This document shows, piece by piece, positions 1 to 9,566 of a stretch of DNA of 39,716 nt. Source of the DNA: Polyangiales bacterium (GTDB lineage: Bacteria > Myxococcota_A > Polyangia > Polyangiales > Houyiibacteriaceae). Below the pieces are notes generated by a model. The model was not told the DNA's origin. It made no database searches and saw only the letters and a list, made by a program, of their open reading frames with translations. Where the stretch lies: the NCBI GenBank assembly GCA_045106895.1, contig JBGCFM010000248.1, positions 1-39,716 of the forward strand, in the 5' to 3' direction. The position numbers and the translations under genes were made by a program. The number at the start of each line of letters is the position of its first letter. The first letter of the stretch is position 1.

Positions 1-6
1 GATCTC

Positions 7-822
7 TCACTCGACTTCAAGCCAGCCGAGCACGCCTTCCATTTCAACGATGAGCTCTTCCATCTTGGGCAACGCATCCTCATCGATGGTCACGAATCGT
101 CGAATCTTGAGCGGCGATCCAAAAGCACAGCAGATGTCGTAGCGAAGTGGGTCAGACTTCTTCTGGATGGAGAAGAACTTGGCATCGGCGCGCGCAACCT
201 TGGTTTGTCCAAACCGGATGCTCTTGGCATCGATCTTGAGTGCATCCGCGCCCAAAAGGCCGTCTCGCGGAACCGACTTCGACCAGGACTGAACGTCCGC
301 TGGAGGCGTCGGCTCTCCATCCCGATAGCCAGCTGGCTTCCCTTCCACCGTCGGTTCCCTACGCCCGTACGCCGCCGCGAGCTGACGGCGCGCTGCCGCA
401 AAAAGGGTTCCATGAATGTCCAAGGCTCTCGCAACAGACGTCTCCCTCAGCCAATAGGCGCGCTGACTCGCGGTCTGCATATTGTGGAGGTGAGGGTGTT
501 TGCGCAGCAGCGGGTGATGCGATCCGGGGAATTCCCCGTCACGCACTTCGGCGAACAGAGCGACGGCGGTCTCCACCTCTGGGCTCACGGTGCCGTGCGA
601 TGCGAACACCTGAGCGCAGGGACAGCGGTACGCTTGAAAGTGCTTCAGAAGCTCCGTCACGCTCGCGCCGCAAACGGGGCATCCTTTCGCCTCCAGAAAC
701 CGCCTGGCGGCCAGCGGTAGAACCTTCGCGCTCACCTTTGTTGTCGAGGCCCGGTGCGAAAGGAACGCGCCGCCAGCCAGCACAAGGGCCCCAGCCAACG
801 TGATCAGCCCTAGGGTGATCAT
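7..822 (-). CDS. Hypothetical membrane-anchored protein with zinc-ribbon-like motif
   Basis: ORF 7..876; likelier start is ATG 822 (MITLGLITLAGALVLAGGAFL, an N-terminal TM), followed by CPVCG-x12-CPC. Confidence 0.65.
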   Translation of the reverse strand: MITLGLITLAGALVLAGGAFLSHRASTTKVSAKVLPLAARRFLEAKGCPVCGASVTELLKHFQAYRCPCAQVFASHGTVSPEVETAVALFAEVRDGEFPGSHHPLLRKHPHLHNMQTASQRAYWLRETSVARALDIHGTLFAAARRQLAAAYGRREPTVEGKPAGYRDGEPTPPADVQSWSKSVPRDGLLGADALKIDAKSIRFGQTKVARADAKFFSIQKKSDPLRYDICCAFGSPLKIRRFVTIDEDALPKMEELIVEMEGVLGWLEVE

Positions 823-947
823 GAGCGGACCCGATGTCGTGGCGACGTCACAGCTATGACCCTGGTCCCCAGCCAAACGCTGTCAAGAGACGGCGCCGGG
901 ACGCTCTCGCGCCGACGCTCGCTGGGCAACTGCGCTATGTTATGCCC

Positions 948-2003
948 ATGAGCGACTTTCCTTTCCTGGGTCACGGCCCGCCCAAAGTGCCCGACGCTCT
1001 TGGTCTGTGGCTCTTCGCCAAGGACGCCCCTGAACCCAGCCTCGCCGCTGAATTGGCTGCTTCATTGCCTTCCGATCTGCAGGACTGGGCGCTGAAGGGG
1101 GAGCGGCCGAGCGGCGTCGTGAAGTGGGTGGGTTCGGTGCTCTATGTCAACTCGGGCATGGACGTGCGCTACTTGGTGAAGGCCCTCGACCCAGAGCACC
1201 TCGCGTGGTTGCCCGAAGAGGTCAGCGAGGCCGACATCGAGCGCGTTCTTGATGAAGTCATGGATGGCGAACGCAAGGGGCCCATCGCGCCAACAGCGAC
1301 GGACTGGGATTTATTTGGGGCCATGATTTCCCAGTGGGTCGAGACGGTCCACAAGCGCTGCCCGCTGTGGCTTGTGGTGGTGGACCGCAAGGTAAAAGCG
1401 CCGGGGAACGCGCGCCATCAGGAGGCGAGTGCGTGGGTCCGTGAACACCTCGATGAGCTAGTGGTCCGGCACGCCGCAAACCCTACGAAGGCTTCACACA
1501 ACTTCGACGTGTGGGGCGCGCCGGTTGTGGCTGCCTACCTCTCGGACAAAAAGAAGCCGCCCGAGGAAACGCGCGAGGTCCTCCTGAAGCTTCTCCGTGG
1601 CTCTGGGATGCTCGGGCTCGCACACGGCTCGAAACTCATCGGTATGTGGCCAAAGTCTCAGCGCCCCGCGCTGCTGGCGCGCTTGCTGCGGAGCGGACAC
1701 GACCTCTCCTTGCCTCTCCTCGTCGCGCCGGCCACGCACGGTTTTCTTCTCGACGACGACGTCTATGCAGCGGCGATGAGCGGCGGTAACTGGATGTTTC
1801 CCGGCGACATGATCGACCAAGTTCACAAACGCCTCGCGAAGCCAAAGCTGGGCGAGCAACAGTCTGAGTGGCTCCGCCGCATCCTCGCCGTCGTCGAGGC
1901 AAGACTGGAAGGCGATGAAGATCTCGCGACCTGGCTGCGCTGGTGGCGAGACATGGCAAAGAACTACGAGACCTGGCGACCCTGGGAAGACGCGACGGAC
2001 TGA
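948..2003 (+). CDS. Hypothetical protein (~351 aa)
   Basis: Long ORF with natural composition; start moved to ATG 948 because TATGTT (936-941) lies 6 nt upstream. No family recognised. Confidence 0.7.
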   Translation: MSDFPFLGHGPPKVPDALGLWLFAKDAPEPSLAAELAASLPSDLQDWALKGERPSGVVKWVGSVLYVNSGMDVRYLVKALDPEHLAWLPEEVSEADIERVLDEVMDGERKGPIAPTATDWDLFGAMISQWVETVHKRCPLWLVVVDRKVKAPGNARHQEASAWVREHLDELVVRHAANPTKASHNFDVWGAPVVAAYLSDKKKPPEETREVLLKLLRGSGMLGLAHGSKLIGMWPKSQRPALLARLLRSGHDLSLPLLVAPATHGFLLDDDVYAAAMSGGNWMFPGDMIDQVHKRLAKPKLGEQQSEWLRRILAVVEARLEGDEDLATWLRWWRDMAKNYETWRPWEDATD

Positions 2004-2043
2004 CGCCGTACCTGGCTATCCAGCTACCGTGTTAGCCTGGACC

Positions 2044-2517
2044 ATGGAGTACACGGACTACTACGTCGCGAAGGGTCCCGCCGCGGATGTGGCAGGCAAG
2101 CTAAAGCCCATCGCCTCCAAAGCGCTGCTCATGGACGGCGACGAGAACTTCGTTCCCTTCGTCCGAATGGGCGACGACACCATGCTCTTTCGAGCGTTCC
2201 CGTGGCTGCTCTCTGTCTTCGACGCTGAAGGTGGCGCGTGGGGTTTCATTCTGAGAATCGACGCGGAGGAGATCGCCCGCGCTACTTTTGGCGTGAACGC
2301 CGAGTGGGGTATCAGCCGAAAGATGAACGGCTTCGAAGGCGAGCTCGACGCGGCCGCTTCAGCTTTGGGCACGACGGCGAGCGCGCTGGAGGCGTGCTTC
2401 AACGACGAGGGTGTCGCGGACTTCTGCAAGCTCGTGGGCTTTGAGCACGCCTACATGCTTTATCCACACGAGGCACAGATCCCCGATGGGGTGAACCTAC
2501 TCAGTGACTTCGGGTGA
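2044..2517 (+). CDS. Hypothetical acidic protein (157 aa), distant paralog of the N-terminal domain of 31541..32371
   Basis: ATG 2044 preceded by TAGCCT (2033-2038) + 5 nt; colinear motif similarity to 31541..32371. Confidence 0.7.
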   Translation: MEYTDYYVAKGPAADVAGKLKPIASKALLMDGDENFVPFVRMGDDTMLFRAFPWLLSVFDAEGGAWGFILRIDAEEIARATFGVNAEWGISRKMNGFEGELDAAASALGTTASALEACFNDEGVADFCKLVGFEHAYMLYPHEAQIPDGVNLLSDFG

Positions 2518-2521
2518 GGCC

Positions 2522-3568
2522 TCAGGGGGCGTAGATTTCTGCGTCCCAGACCACCGAATTGAGCACGAGAAGCGGGCGCGTCGCCCCCGTCGAATCCATC
2601 ACGCGAAACGAGGAGACACGGCCACGTGGCGCGCCGATGGCCGTACATGAAACGATGATGTCTTCGTCGTTCATGGGGCTGACCAATGCGAAGGGGATCC
2701 AGTCACAATCGTCTGGATTGAATTGTTCGGGAGCAGTGTCCGGCGCCGCGTCGAGGTCGTCGATGTACAAAACGTTCGAGCGCCCCTCCGTCGCGACGAC
2801 ACGACGTCCAAACGAGTGAATGCGCTCCAACTCGATCACCGCTTGAAGCGTCTCGACTTCTACTCCCGAGAGGTCTCGGCGCGCTCGCCCGCCCGGAGAA
2901 CGCGCGCCCCAAAACGATTCGCCGTCTTCCGCCGCGCTCAAATCGTAGAAGTACTGATCGATGGGAAGGCGCGTTCCCTCGACCAAGGGGTCGAGAACGC
3001 GCGTGGGGTAAACGAGTTCGCCCCCTTCAACCCACGCCGCGATAAAGCCTTCGTTTAGGGCGACAACCACCGTGCGCGATTCCAACACCGGATCGTCTTG
3101 AGCGATGGACCAAACGACGGTGTTGCTGCGGAGATCGAGGCCCTGAACCTGACTGGGTGAACCTACGACGAGCACGTCCGCAGCGAGGGTCACACTCGTC
3201 ACTTCTTCGTCGAGAGCTCCGCCGCCGTCCAGCTCCGGACACTCACTTCCGTCCGTGAGAGAAATGCGGCGTACCGCGGCGCGCTCGGGATCCGCAAAGA
3301 CCAACCACGGCGCCGCGCAGTCCGGGTCAACGAAGGGACCGCCGGCGTCCGCGGACGCGTCGCGCCCAGCATCCGCAGACGCGTCCATCGCTGCGTCGCG
3401 CATCACAGCGTCGAGGGCGGCCGCGTCGACGAGTGGGCCTGCATCGCGAGCGGCATCCGTGGCCGCGTCGGTAGATGCGTCAGGCCCCGAGTCACCGTCT
3501 CCGACGACGAAACCGTCCGAGCACGCGACCAAGCAGAAGACCCAAACGAAGCGAAGCATGAGCTTCAT
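2522..3568 (-). CDS. Lipoprotein with Asp/Ala-rich linker and probable beta-propeller-like domain
   Basis: Signal MKLMLRFVWVFCLVAC (lipobox LVAC), repeated DA/DAG linker, beta-rich C-terminal region. Confidence 0.75.
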   Translation of the reverse strand: MKLMLRFVWVFCLVACSDGFVVGDGDSGPDASTDAATDAARDAGPLVDAAALDAVMRDAAMDASADAGRDASADAGGPFVDPDCAAPWLVFADPERAAVRRISLTDGSECPELDGGGALDEEVTSVTLAADVLVVGSPSQVQGLDLRSNTVVWSIAQDDPVLESRTVVVALNEGFIAAWVEGGELVYPTRVLDPLVEGTRLPIDQYFYDLSAAEDGESFWGARSPGGRARRDLSGVEVETLQAVIELERIHSFGRRVVATEGRSNVLYIDDLDAAPDTAPEQFNPDDCDWIPFALVSPMNDEDIIVSCTAIGAPRGRVSSFRVMDSTGATRPLLVLNSVVWDAEIYAP

Positions 3569-3611
3569 CTAACACAAGTTTTCACTTCGATCTTCTTGGG
3601 AGCGAGCGCTT

Positions 3612-5420
3612 TCAGCCCGCAACTGTATTCATGTTGTAGAGAACCTCGCTGATGACCGCCGTCGGAACGTCCTTTATCGCCAGGATTGTTCGACCACTCG
3701 AGGGGCGAAAATCAACGTGGGTGATTCTCTGTGGCAGATCGTCATACCCCGCCGGATGAAAGCCAGGGTCAAGGTGCGCCGTGGCACGAAACCCACCCGC
3801 AAACTCTTTGTGGAAGGTGCGTATTCGCGCGTAGTCATCGACGAAACCCTTGGACCAATCCGCCCGGTTGAAGCGCCCGTGAAGTGGACCGATCTTCGTT
3901 GGTTCGTGGCTGAAGGAGCCGAGCATCGTACTCTCGCGCTCTTCTTCTCCCAGGACAAACGATGGCCGAGCGAGCTGTGGGAACGGAGGCATGATCTCAT
4001 AGTCTTTGAAGAGCACGTCCCAAGCCGCGCGCTCGTCAGCGCTCATCTCCGCGGGGTGCGCAAGGCGAACGTTCCCATCCGTGATCGTGAGCTCACAAGG
4101 CTCGTCGCTCGCGTCCGTGAGTTCGTCCAGTTCGTCGACGCGGAAGCTCTTCACGCGGTCCTCGCCGCGGCAAAGCACCCAGATTAGCCGACGGGCGATG
4201 ATCTGCATGAGTGGATGACGCCGTATGCTCTTCGTCCATGCGGAGAGCGTCCATTCGCGCCCCGACGAGAGCGCGCCTTCGAGGCGCCGAGCTTGAACGG
4301 GCAACATCGCTTCGATGTCACGCTTTAGGCGGGCAAACTCCGCCTGCGCTTCTTGCACTTTGTCCGCGTCGTCGCCCTTCCACGCTTTCGGGAGGCGCGG
4401 AAGCCGAGTGCCATCATCGTCCGCGACCACGGAGATACGCATCTCCCCGTCAACCTGGAGTGTGAACGTTCGGGGTCCGTAGCTAAAGCGCCGCTTCCCC
4501 CGTGCGTCGAGACCACAGGTCGGCACGGAGGCATCCTCGAGATCAGCCAAGGTCATCCGTCGCTTCGCCGCCTCCGCTTTTAGTGCCGCGAGACACGGGT
4601 TGTTGTTGCCGCGGTACTTGTAGCGCTGAGCGAGGCGCTGCACGACCTGCAATGCCGTCGGGCTTCCATGCGCGCAGAGTGCCGTCGCCGCTTCGTAGAC
4701 GGCGTCGCGCTTCTTCTTCTCGACGAGCACCTCGATCATCTCGCCGAGCGGCCCGGCGAGATCGTCATCGACGACGTTCGCGACATGCCTAACCACCCAA
4801 CGCTGCACCATGTGCGCGTCGGCGTGCGCCCACCCACGGAAAAGCTCCCAGGCGAAACGTCGGTAGGACGCAGGTTCAAGCCAGCCTCGAAACTCAGCGA
4901 GGACTTTGTCTGGTCTGTCCGCCTTGTCCTTCATCATCGCGCCGACGAGGAGAATGCAGGCTTCCGCATCGAGGACCTCGCCGCCGAGCGTCGAAGGTTG
5001 CGTCGTGGAACGGACCCAGTGAGGGATCTTCCGGGTTGGAGCCTTCGCTTTCGTGAGCCAGAGCGGCCAAGCCGATTTTGAAAGCACAGGCCTCGCCAAG
5101 TCCGTGGTGCTGGCCTTCGAGACATTAGCCGCGGTCGATTCCGGCGCACCAAGCTCGGCGTTGATGGCGTCGCGATGAGGAGCGAGGGACTCCAAGTCCT
5201 GCCCGAGTAGAGCGCGAAGACGCTCTCCGGCCTTCGCCTGAGCGCACACAAGATGAAACCAACGATGGCTTCCTGATTCCGAGAATGCGAAGTCGACGAG
5301 TCCAAAACGAAGGGCGCCCTTCTCGATCTTGTCGCCGCACCCGCGGCACTTGGCGCGGCCACTCTTGGCCACCTCGATGGTGTCTTCCTTCTTCTTTTTT
5401 GGTTCCGTTTCGTCCGCCAT
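3612..5420 (-). CDS. PARP-type zinc finger (zf-PARP) fused to DUF4132 domain
   Basis: N-terminal IEVAKSGRAKCRGCGDKIEKGALRFG...WFHLVC matches the zf-PARP CxxC/HxxC pattern; C-terminal LEDASVPTCGLD...RRLEGALSSGREW...HPLM...ARRLIW...LAHP...W...DYEIMPPFPQLAR matches DUF4132. Start ATG 5420 has TAGACT 7 nt upstream. Confidence 0.85.
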   Translation of the reverse strand: MADETEPKKKKEDTIEVAKSGRAKCRGCGDKIEKGALRFGLVDFAFSESGSHRWFHLVCAQAKAGERLRALLGQDLESLAPHRDAINAELGAPESTAANVSKASTTDLARPVLSKSAWPLWLTKAKAPTRKIPHWVRSTTQPSTLGGEVLDAEACILLVGAMMKDKADRPDKVLAEFRGWLEPASYRRFAWELFRGWAHADAHMVQRWVVRHVANVVDDDLAGPLGEMIEVLVEKKKRDAVYEAATALCAHGSPTALQVVQRLAQRYKYRGNNNPCLAALKAEAAKRRMTLADLEDASVPTCGLDARGKRRFSYGPRTFTLQVDGEMRISVVADDDGTRLPRLPKAWKGDDADKVQEAQAEFARLKRDIEAMLPVQARRLEGALSSGREWTLSAWTKSIRRHPLMQIIARRLIWVLCRGEDRVKSFRVDELDELTDASDEPCELTITDGNVRLAHPAEMSADERAAWDVLFKDYEIMPPFPQLARPSFVLGEEERESTMLGSFSHEPTKIGPLHGRFNRADWSKGFVDDYARIRTFHKEFAGGFRATAHLDPGFHPAGYDDLPQRITHVDFRPSSGRTILAIKDVPTAVISEVLYNMNTVAG

Positions 5421-5508
5421 CCACGCAAGTCTAAGCGCGGCGGGTGACGAGTTCAAAACGCTGATGGCCTCTAGCGAAAACCATCGCCTCGGGCGTAGTA
5501 TCAGACTT

Positions 5509-6411
5509 GTGGCTCATCGCGACGACCATCAGGCTGCGCTTCTTCGTGCCGATGCTCTCGAACGAGAGCTCGCAGAAGCGAAGGAGGCGCTCGTCGAGAA
5601 AGAGCGCGCCCTCAGCGCACGCGAAGCCGTCGTCGCGGAGCTCGAGGCGGACGCCGCTGAACGCGCAGGACAGCGCGAACAAGATGCGGCGGAGGGAGAG
5701 TTGGCGCGCCAAGCAGCCAAGGCAGAGCTAGACGACATTCGAAGGCGTGGCGCGGAAGCCGCCGCCGAGGCAAAAAACAAAGACAAGCGAGAGCGCCTGG
5801 AAGCCGCCGAGCGCAAAGACCGAGATGAGCAGCGGACGACCCAGCTACGTGTCATTCGCAGCTCTTCGCTCACCGGAGGAATGTTCACGCCGGCGACCGT
5901 ATTCTTCGCGATTCCATTGTTCGGGTTCAGCGTCGTCATGCTCTCGTCCTTCCCGACGGCGTGGAGCTTTGGCGGCGGCGGCGTTCTCGTCGCGACACTC
6001 CTCTTCTTCGCCTACGTGTACCCGCCAATTCGTGCGAAGCAGCTGCCACGCGAGATCCACGCCCTCCCCTACGCCGTCCCGGGCTTCCTTGAGCTCCTAT
6101 CACGTAAGGCTCCAAGAAGAGACGAGTGCACCCTTCTGGTCACCCTCGAGTTCGCCGGCTCGCCACCCGCCGACTTAGGCGCGCTCATGAAGGCGGCTGA
6201 CGTCACCCTCGAGCCCATCGGACGCAGCCGTTTTCGGCGCTCTTTTCCTATCTCCGTGCATCGTTCGAAACACGGCACGAGGTTGTCAAACCACGACACG
6301 AACCTGCCGCTTCTGCGCTGGTTCACGAACCTTGAGCGGAAGGTGCTGCGTCCCATCCATGCACTTCACCCGATTGCGTCGCTAACCCTCACACGCGGCG
6401 TCGCAAGCTAG
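5509..6411 (+). CDS. Coiled-coil plus two-TM membrane protein (tandem paralog 1)
   Basis: GTG 5509 aligns with the paralog start (AHRDDHQAALLRA vs AHRDNHQAALLRA) and has TAGTAT 7 nt upstream; Glu/Ala/Arg coiled coil, two hydrophobic helices, soluble C-terminal domain. Confidence 0.8.
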   Translation: MAHRDDHQAALLRADALERELAEAKEALVEKERALSAREAVVAELEADAAERAGQREQDAAEGELARQAAKAELDDIRRRGAEAAAEAKNKDKRERLEAAERKDRDEQRTTQLRVIRSSSLTGGMFTPATVFFAIPLFGFSVVMLSSFPTAWSFGGGGVLVATLLFFAYVYPPIRAKQLPREIHALPYAVPGFLELLSRKAPRRDECTLLVTLEFAGSPPADLGALMKAADVTLEPIGRSRFRRSFPISVHRSKHGTRLSNHDTNLPLLRWFTNLERKVLRPIHALHPIASLTLTRGVAS

Positions 6412-6481
6412 CGTTTCCCGATGGCCGGGCCTGAAGGCAAATTGCCAAGCGAAGAGTAGCGCTTGTAGAGTCTTCAGCACC

Positions 6482-7397
6482 GTGGCGCATCGGGACAACC
6501 ATCAAGCGGCGCTGCTCCGCGCGGAGGCTCTGGAGCGCGAGCTCGCGGAAACGAAGGAAGCGCTTGCCGAGAAAGAACGAGCTCTCGCGGAGCGTGAGGC
6601 CGACGACGCCAAACGCGAAGTCGCTCGTGCAGTCCGTGTAGAAGAGACGCGAGCGACGACCGAGACGCAAGCGACGTCCAGGACTCAAGACGACGCCGAG
6701 GCCAGCCTCGATGAGCTTCGACGACGTGCCGCGGACGCCGCCATCGAGCTCAAAGGCGACCCCGTCAAGCGCGCGCGTGCCATGCACAAAGACGATGGCC
6801 AGCGGGAAGCCAGGCGACGCATCCTTCGCAGCGCGTCCGCCGCTGGGGGATTGGCGGACCCCTATTTGTTCATCGCGGCCCTACCGATCTTCGGAATGAC
6901 AACCTTTGTCATGGCGCTGACGACAATGCCGATGCAGTGGTGTTTCAGCATCGCCGGCGTCGTCGTCGCGACGCTCTTCTTCTTCGCTTATGTCTACGCG
7001 CCCATCCGCGCAAAACAGCTCCCGGGCTGGCTCGCGTCGCTCCCCTACGCCGTGCCCGGCTACCTAGGACTCTTAGCGCGCAAAGCCCCAACCAAAGACG
7101 AATGCTCCTTGCTCGTCACTCTCGAGTTCGCAGGCGCGCCACCCGAGGACCTGCTCACGCTGCTGCGGGGCGTAGACCCGACGCTTCAGCCGAACGGTGA
7201 TGGGTTTCTGCGCGCCTTTCCCATTTCTATTCAACGCTCCAAACATGGGACACCGGTGGGCGAACCACGACACGAATCAACCGCTTCACCACTGGTTCCA
7301 GCAGCTCGAGAAGAACGTGCTTCGCCCGGTGCATGCGCTTCACCCGATCTCCGCGGTTAAACTCGAGCGCAAGACGTCCGCGCGTTTTCCGTTCTAG
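6482..7397 (+). pseudogene. Coiled-coil plus two-TM protein (tandem paralog 2) with +1 frameshift near the 3' end
   Basis: Homologous to 5509..6411 up to RSKHG; the matching tail NHDTNQPLHHWFQQLEKNVLRPVHALHPI is in the next frame (ORF 7197..7397). One extra base at ~7247-7253; may be a sequencing error. Confidence 0.75.
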
Positions 7398-7433
7398 CGG
7401 ACTCGGGCCCGGTTTTGAGAGTAAGGTGCGGAG

Positions 7434-7931
7434 GTGTCTTCGCGTTTCACCCCGGCTGCCGTTCGCTTCTACTACCGTGCCCCCGACGGCATCGTGGCTC
7501 GATGGAACAACATCGTGATTCAATACCGGAACGGAGCGCTCGTCGCCGAGGTCATCGATGCCGTTGTAAAAGTTGGTAAAGAGTTCGAGTCCGGGTCCAA
7601 AGTCGCCGCGCTTGCCGTCCTTGACGGGAAAGCGGTGATCCCCTCATCGGAGCTCCGAACGAAGCAGCGCGACGTCATTCGAGACCTACTCGGGCAGTTT
7701 GACGCGAAGATGGCGGTGGTCGTCCGCGGCGACGACGTCTGGACTCAGCTCCTAAAGTCCTTCGCTCGACTGGTGGCCGTCGGGGAGCCACGCGTGATGA
7801 TGGCGAAGTCCATTGGGGACGCCATTCAGTGGCTCACCCCCGTGGACGCCACGACCGTCGACGATCTCCGAGCATTCTGGGTATTCATCGAATCTTGCGC
7901 ATCCGAAACTAACCGGGGAGTGTCCCGTTGA
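7434..7931 (+). CDS. STAS/SEC14 (SpoIIAA-like) domain protein
   Basis: Alpha/beta pattern with PSSELR, MAVVVRG and AIQWL resembles myxobacterial STAS/SEC14 proteins; GTG with TAAGGT 6 nt upstream. Confidence 0.6.
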   Translation: MSSRFTPAAVRFYYRAPDGIVARWNNIVIQYRNGALVAEVIDAVVKVGKEFESGSKVAALAVLDGKAVIPSSELRTKQRDVIRDLLGQFDAKMAVVVRGDDVWTQLLKSFARLVAVGEPRVMMAKSIGDAIQWLTPVDATTVDDLRAFWVFIESCASETNRGVSR

Positions 7932-9492
7932 GGTATTCCTCGAGGTTCGTGTAGCCGTCTTCGTCGCGGTCTTCGTTGCCGTCGCTGGCATCGCTGCTGT
8001 CAAAGCCATGCGTCGCTTCCCACGCATCCGGCATGCCATCGACGTCTTCATCGGCGTAGGCTTCGCCCCCGGCGACGTCCGGCCACCCGCCAACATCGTC
8101 CGGATGGTCAAGGCGGCGTCCCGTCGTTCCTTCGCGCGCCGTACCGCTACGCAGGTCTTCGAGGGAGCGCAGGTCGACGGAGTCTCGAAAGACACGAAAG
8201 TCGCCGTTCGCTTGTGTCACGAGCTGTGCTCCGGCGGTGTCCGGCACGCTTGCGTAGGTATCTTCCGCGGACACAATGCGCGACGTGGGTGTGTCGAAGC
8301 GCTCGAGTGATTGAAACTCCGTAAGCGCTGGCGTCCGGCTGAGGAACTCCGAGCTCGCCATCCACTCGTCATCGCCAGCATTTCGTGCCGGCGTCAGGTT
8401 GCCTTCGAGGTACGCGCGTGTGCTGCCGCCCATGAGGATGTTGTTTCGATGCCCTTCGCACGAGTTGGGGCCCCACTTGATGTAGTTGCCGATGGCGTTC
8501 GCGAGGAGGTCGTCATCACCCTGGCCCGAGAGCGAAACTGCGTAACAGGCGTTGTAGATGACGTTGTTGACGACCTCCGCAAAGCCGCCAATCCGGGGCG
8601 AGATAGCTGGGTTACGTCCAACATTGTTCGCGAAGACGTTGCGGTAGAACGTCACGTCGGCGGAGTCGCTGCCGACGATGGGGCCAAGCGCGTGTGGCTC
8701 CAGAGGTCCGTCGGCGGTGCAATCGTCGGAGTGGCTGCTGTTGAAGAGCGCCTCGGACATAAACGACTCTTGAATCGTGGCGTTTGTCGCCGGCCAGAGC
8801 GTCATGATTTGGTCGGTGGTCCAGCTGGCGCTGACGTGGTCAATGATCACACGGTCCGCGCCCAAGAGCGCGATGGCGTCAGCGTTGCACTCGCCGCCGT
8901 TCGTGCTGGGCCCTCGGCGAAAGCGCAGATGACGCACGATGACGTCGTGGGTAAAGATGCGGAGCATGCTCAAGTTGCGCGCGCCGTTGCCGCGAAGCTG
9001 AATGCCTTCGCCCGGCGCCGTCTGGCCGGCGATGGTGAGGAACGGTTCGCGGACTTCTACGTTCGATTCCAAGGTGATGGTGCCGCCGACGCGAAAGACG
9101 ATGGTCCGCGGGCCACTAGCCTCGCAGGCTTCACGGAAACTCCCGGGACCCGAGTCGTCCAAGTTCGTCACCTGAATCACGCGACCGCCGCGGCCTCCGA
9201 TGGCGACGGCGCCGAAGCCTTCCGCTTCCGGAAACGCAGCGAAGGGCGTGTCCACGGTGTCCACGACTGGCGCATCTGGTACGTTCACGTCGGAGGTGCC
9301 GCCATCTGGCACGACGACTTCAGCGTCCGTCGCGCCCGTGTCCGCAGCGCCGCCGTCCGGCACCTCTCGCGCGTCGATGGAAGCATCGATTCCAAGCACC
9401 TCGCCGGCGTCGTTACCGGCGTCATCATCTCCGCACGCAGATAGAAGTCCCGCACAAAGGGTAAGGAGCACACAGGCCTGGGTGAGTCTCAT
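7909..9492 (-). CDS. Pectate lyase-like lipoprotein (polysaccharide lyase family 1)
   Basis: AFPEAEGFGAVAIGGRGGRVIQVTNLDDSGPGSFREA, TIAGQTAPGEG, IIDHVSASW, RNP and the DxDxDGMPDAWE...DGYTNLEEYLN tail; lipobox LSAC; ATG 9492 with TAGAGT 7 nt upstream. Confidence 0.9.
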   Translation of the reverse strand: MRLTQACVLLTLCAGLLSACGDDDAGNDAGEVLGIDASIDAREVPDGGAADTGATDAEVVVPDGGTSDVNVPDAPVVDTVDTPFAAFPEAEGFGAVAIGGRGGRVIQVTNLDDSGPGSFREACEASGPRTIVFRVGGTITLESNVEVREPFLTIAGQTAPGEGIQLRGNGARNLSMLRIFTHDVIVRHLRFRRGPSTNGGECNADAIALLGADRVIIDHVSASWTTDQIMTLWPATNATIQESFMSEALFNSSHSDDCTADGPLEPHALGPIVGSDSADVTFYRNVFANNVGRNPAISPRIGGFAEVVNNVIYNACYAVSLSGQGDDDLLANAIGNYIKWGPNSCEGHRNNILMGGSTRAYLEGNLTPARNAGDDEWMASSEFLSRTPALTEFQSLERFDTPTSRIVSAEDTYASVPDTAGAQLVTQANGDFRVFRDSVDLRSLEDLRSGTAREGTTGRRLDHPDDVGGWPDVAGGEAYADEDVDGMPDAWEATHGFDSSDASDGNEDRDEDGYTNLEEYLNGTLPG

Positions 9493-9566
9493 GCTCAAGA
9501 CTCTAGCGGAAATGTCCACGCTCCTCCTGACGGCGGCTGCGCGGGTGTCCCGAGACCCAAAACACG

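Noticed and set aside
7909..7931. Convergent 3' overlaps (7909-7931 and 31541-31548)
   Set aside because: Short tail-to-tail overlaps are ordinary in compact GC-rich genomes.
8311..9444. Long antisense and alternate-frame ORFs (8311..9444+, 21990..23069-, 28300..29256+, 30847..31851-, 33838..34770- and similar)
   Set aside because: Shadows of well-supported genes, expected at high GC; Arg/Ala/Pro-rich or mirror composition with no motifs.
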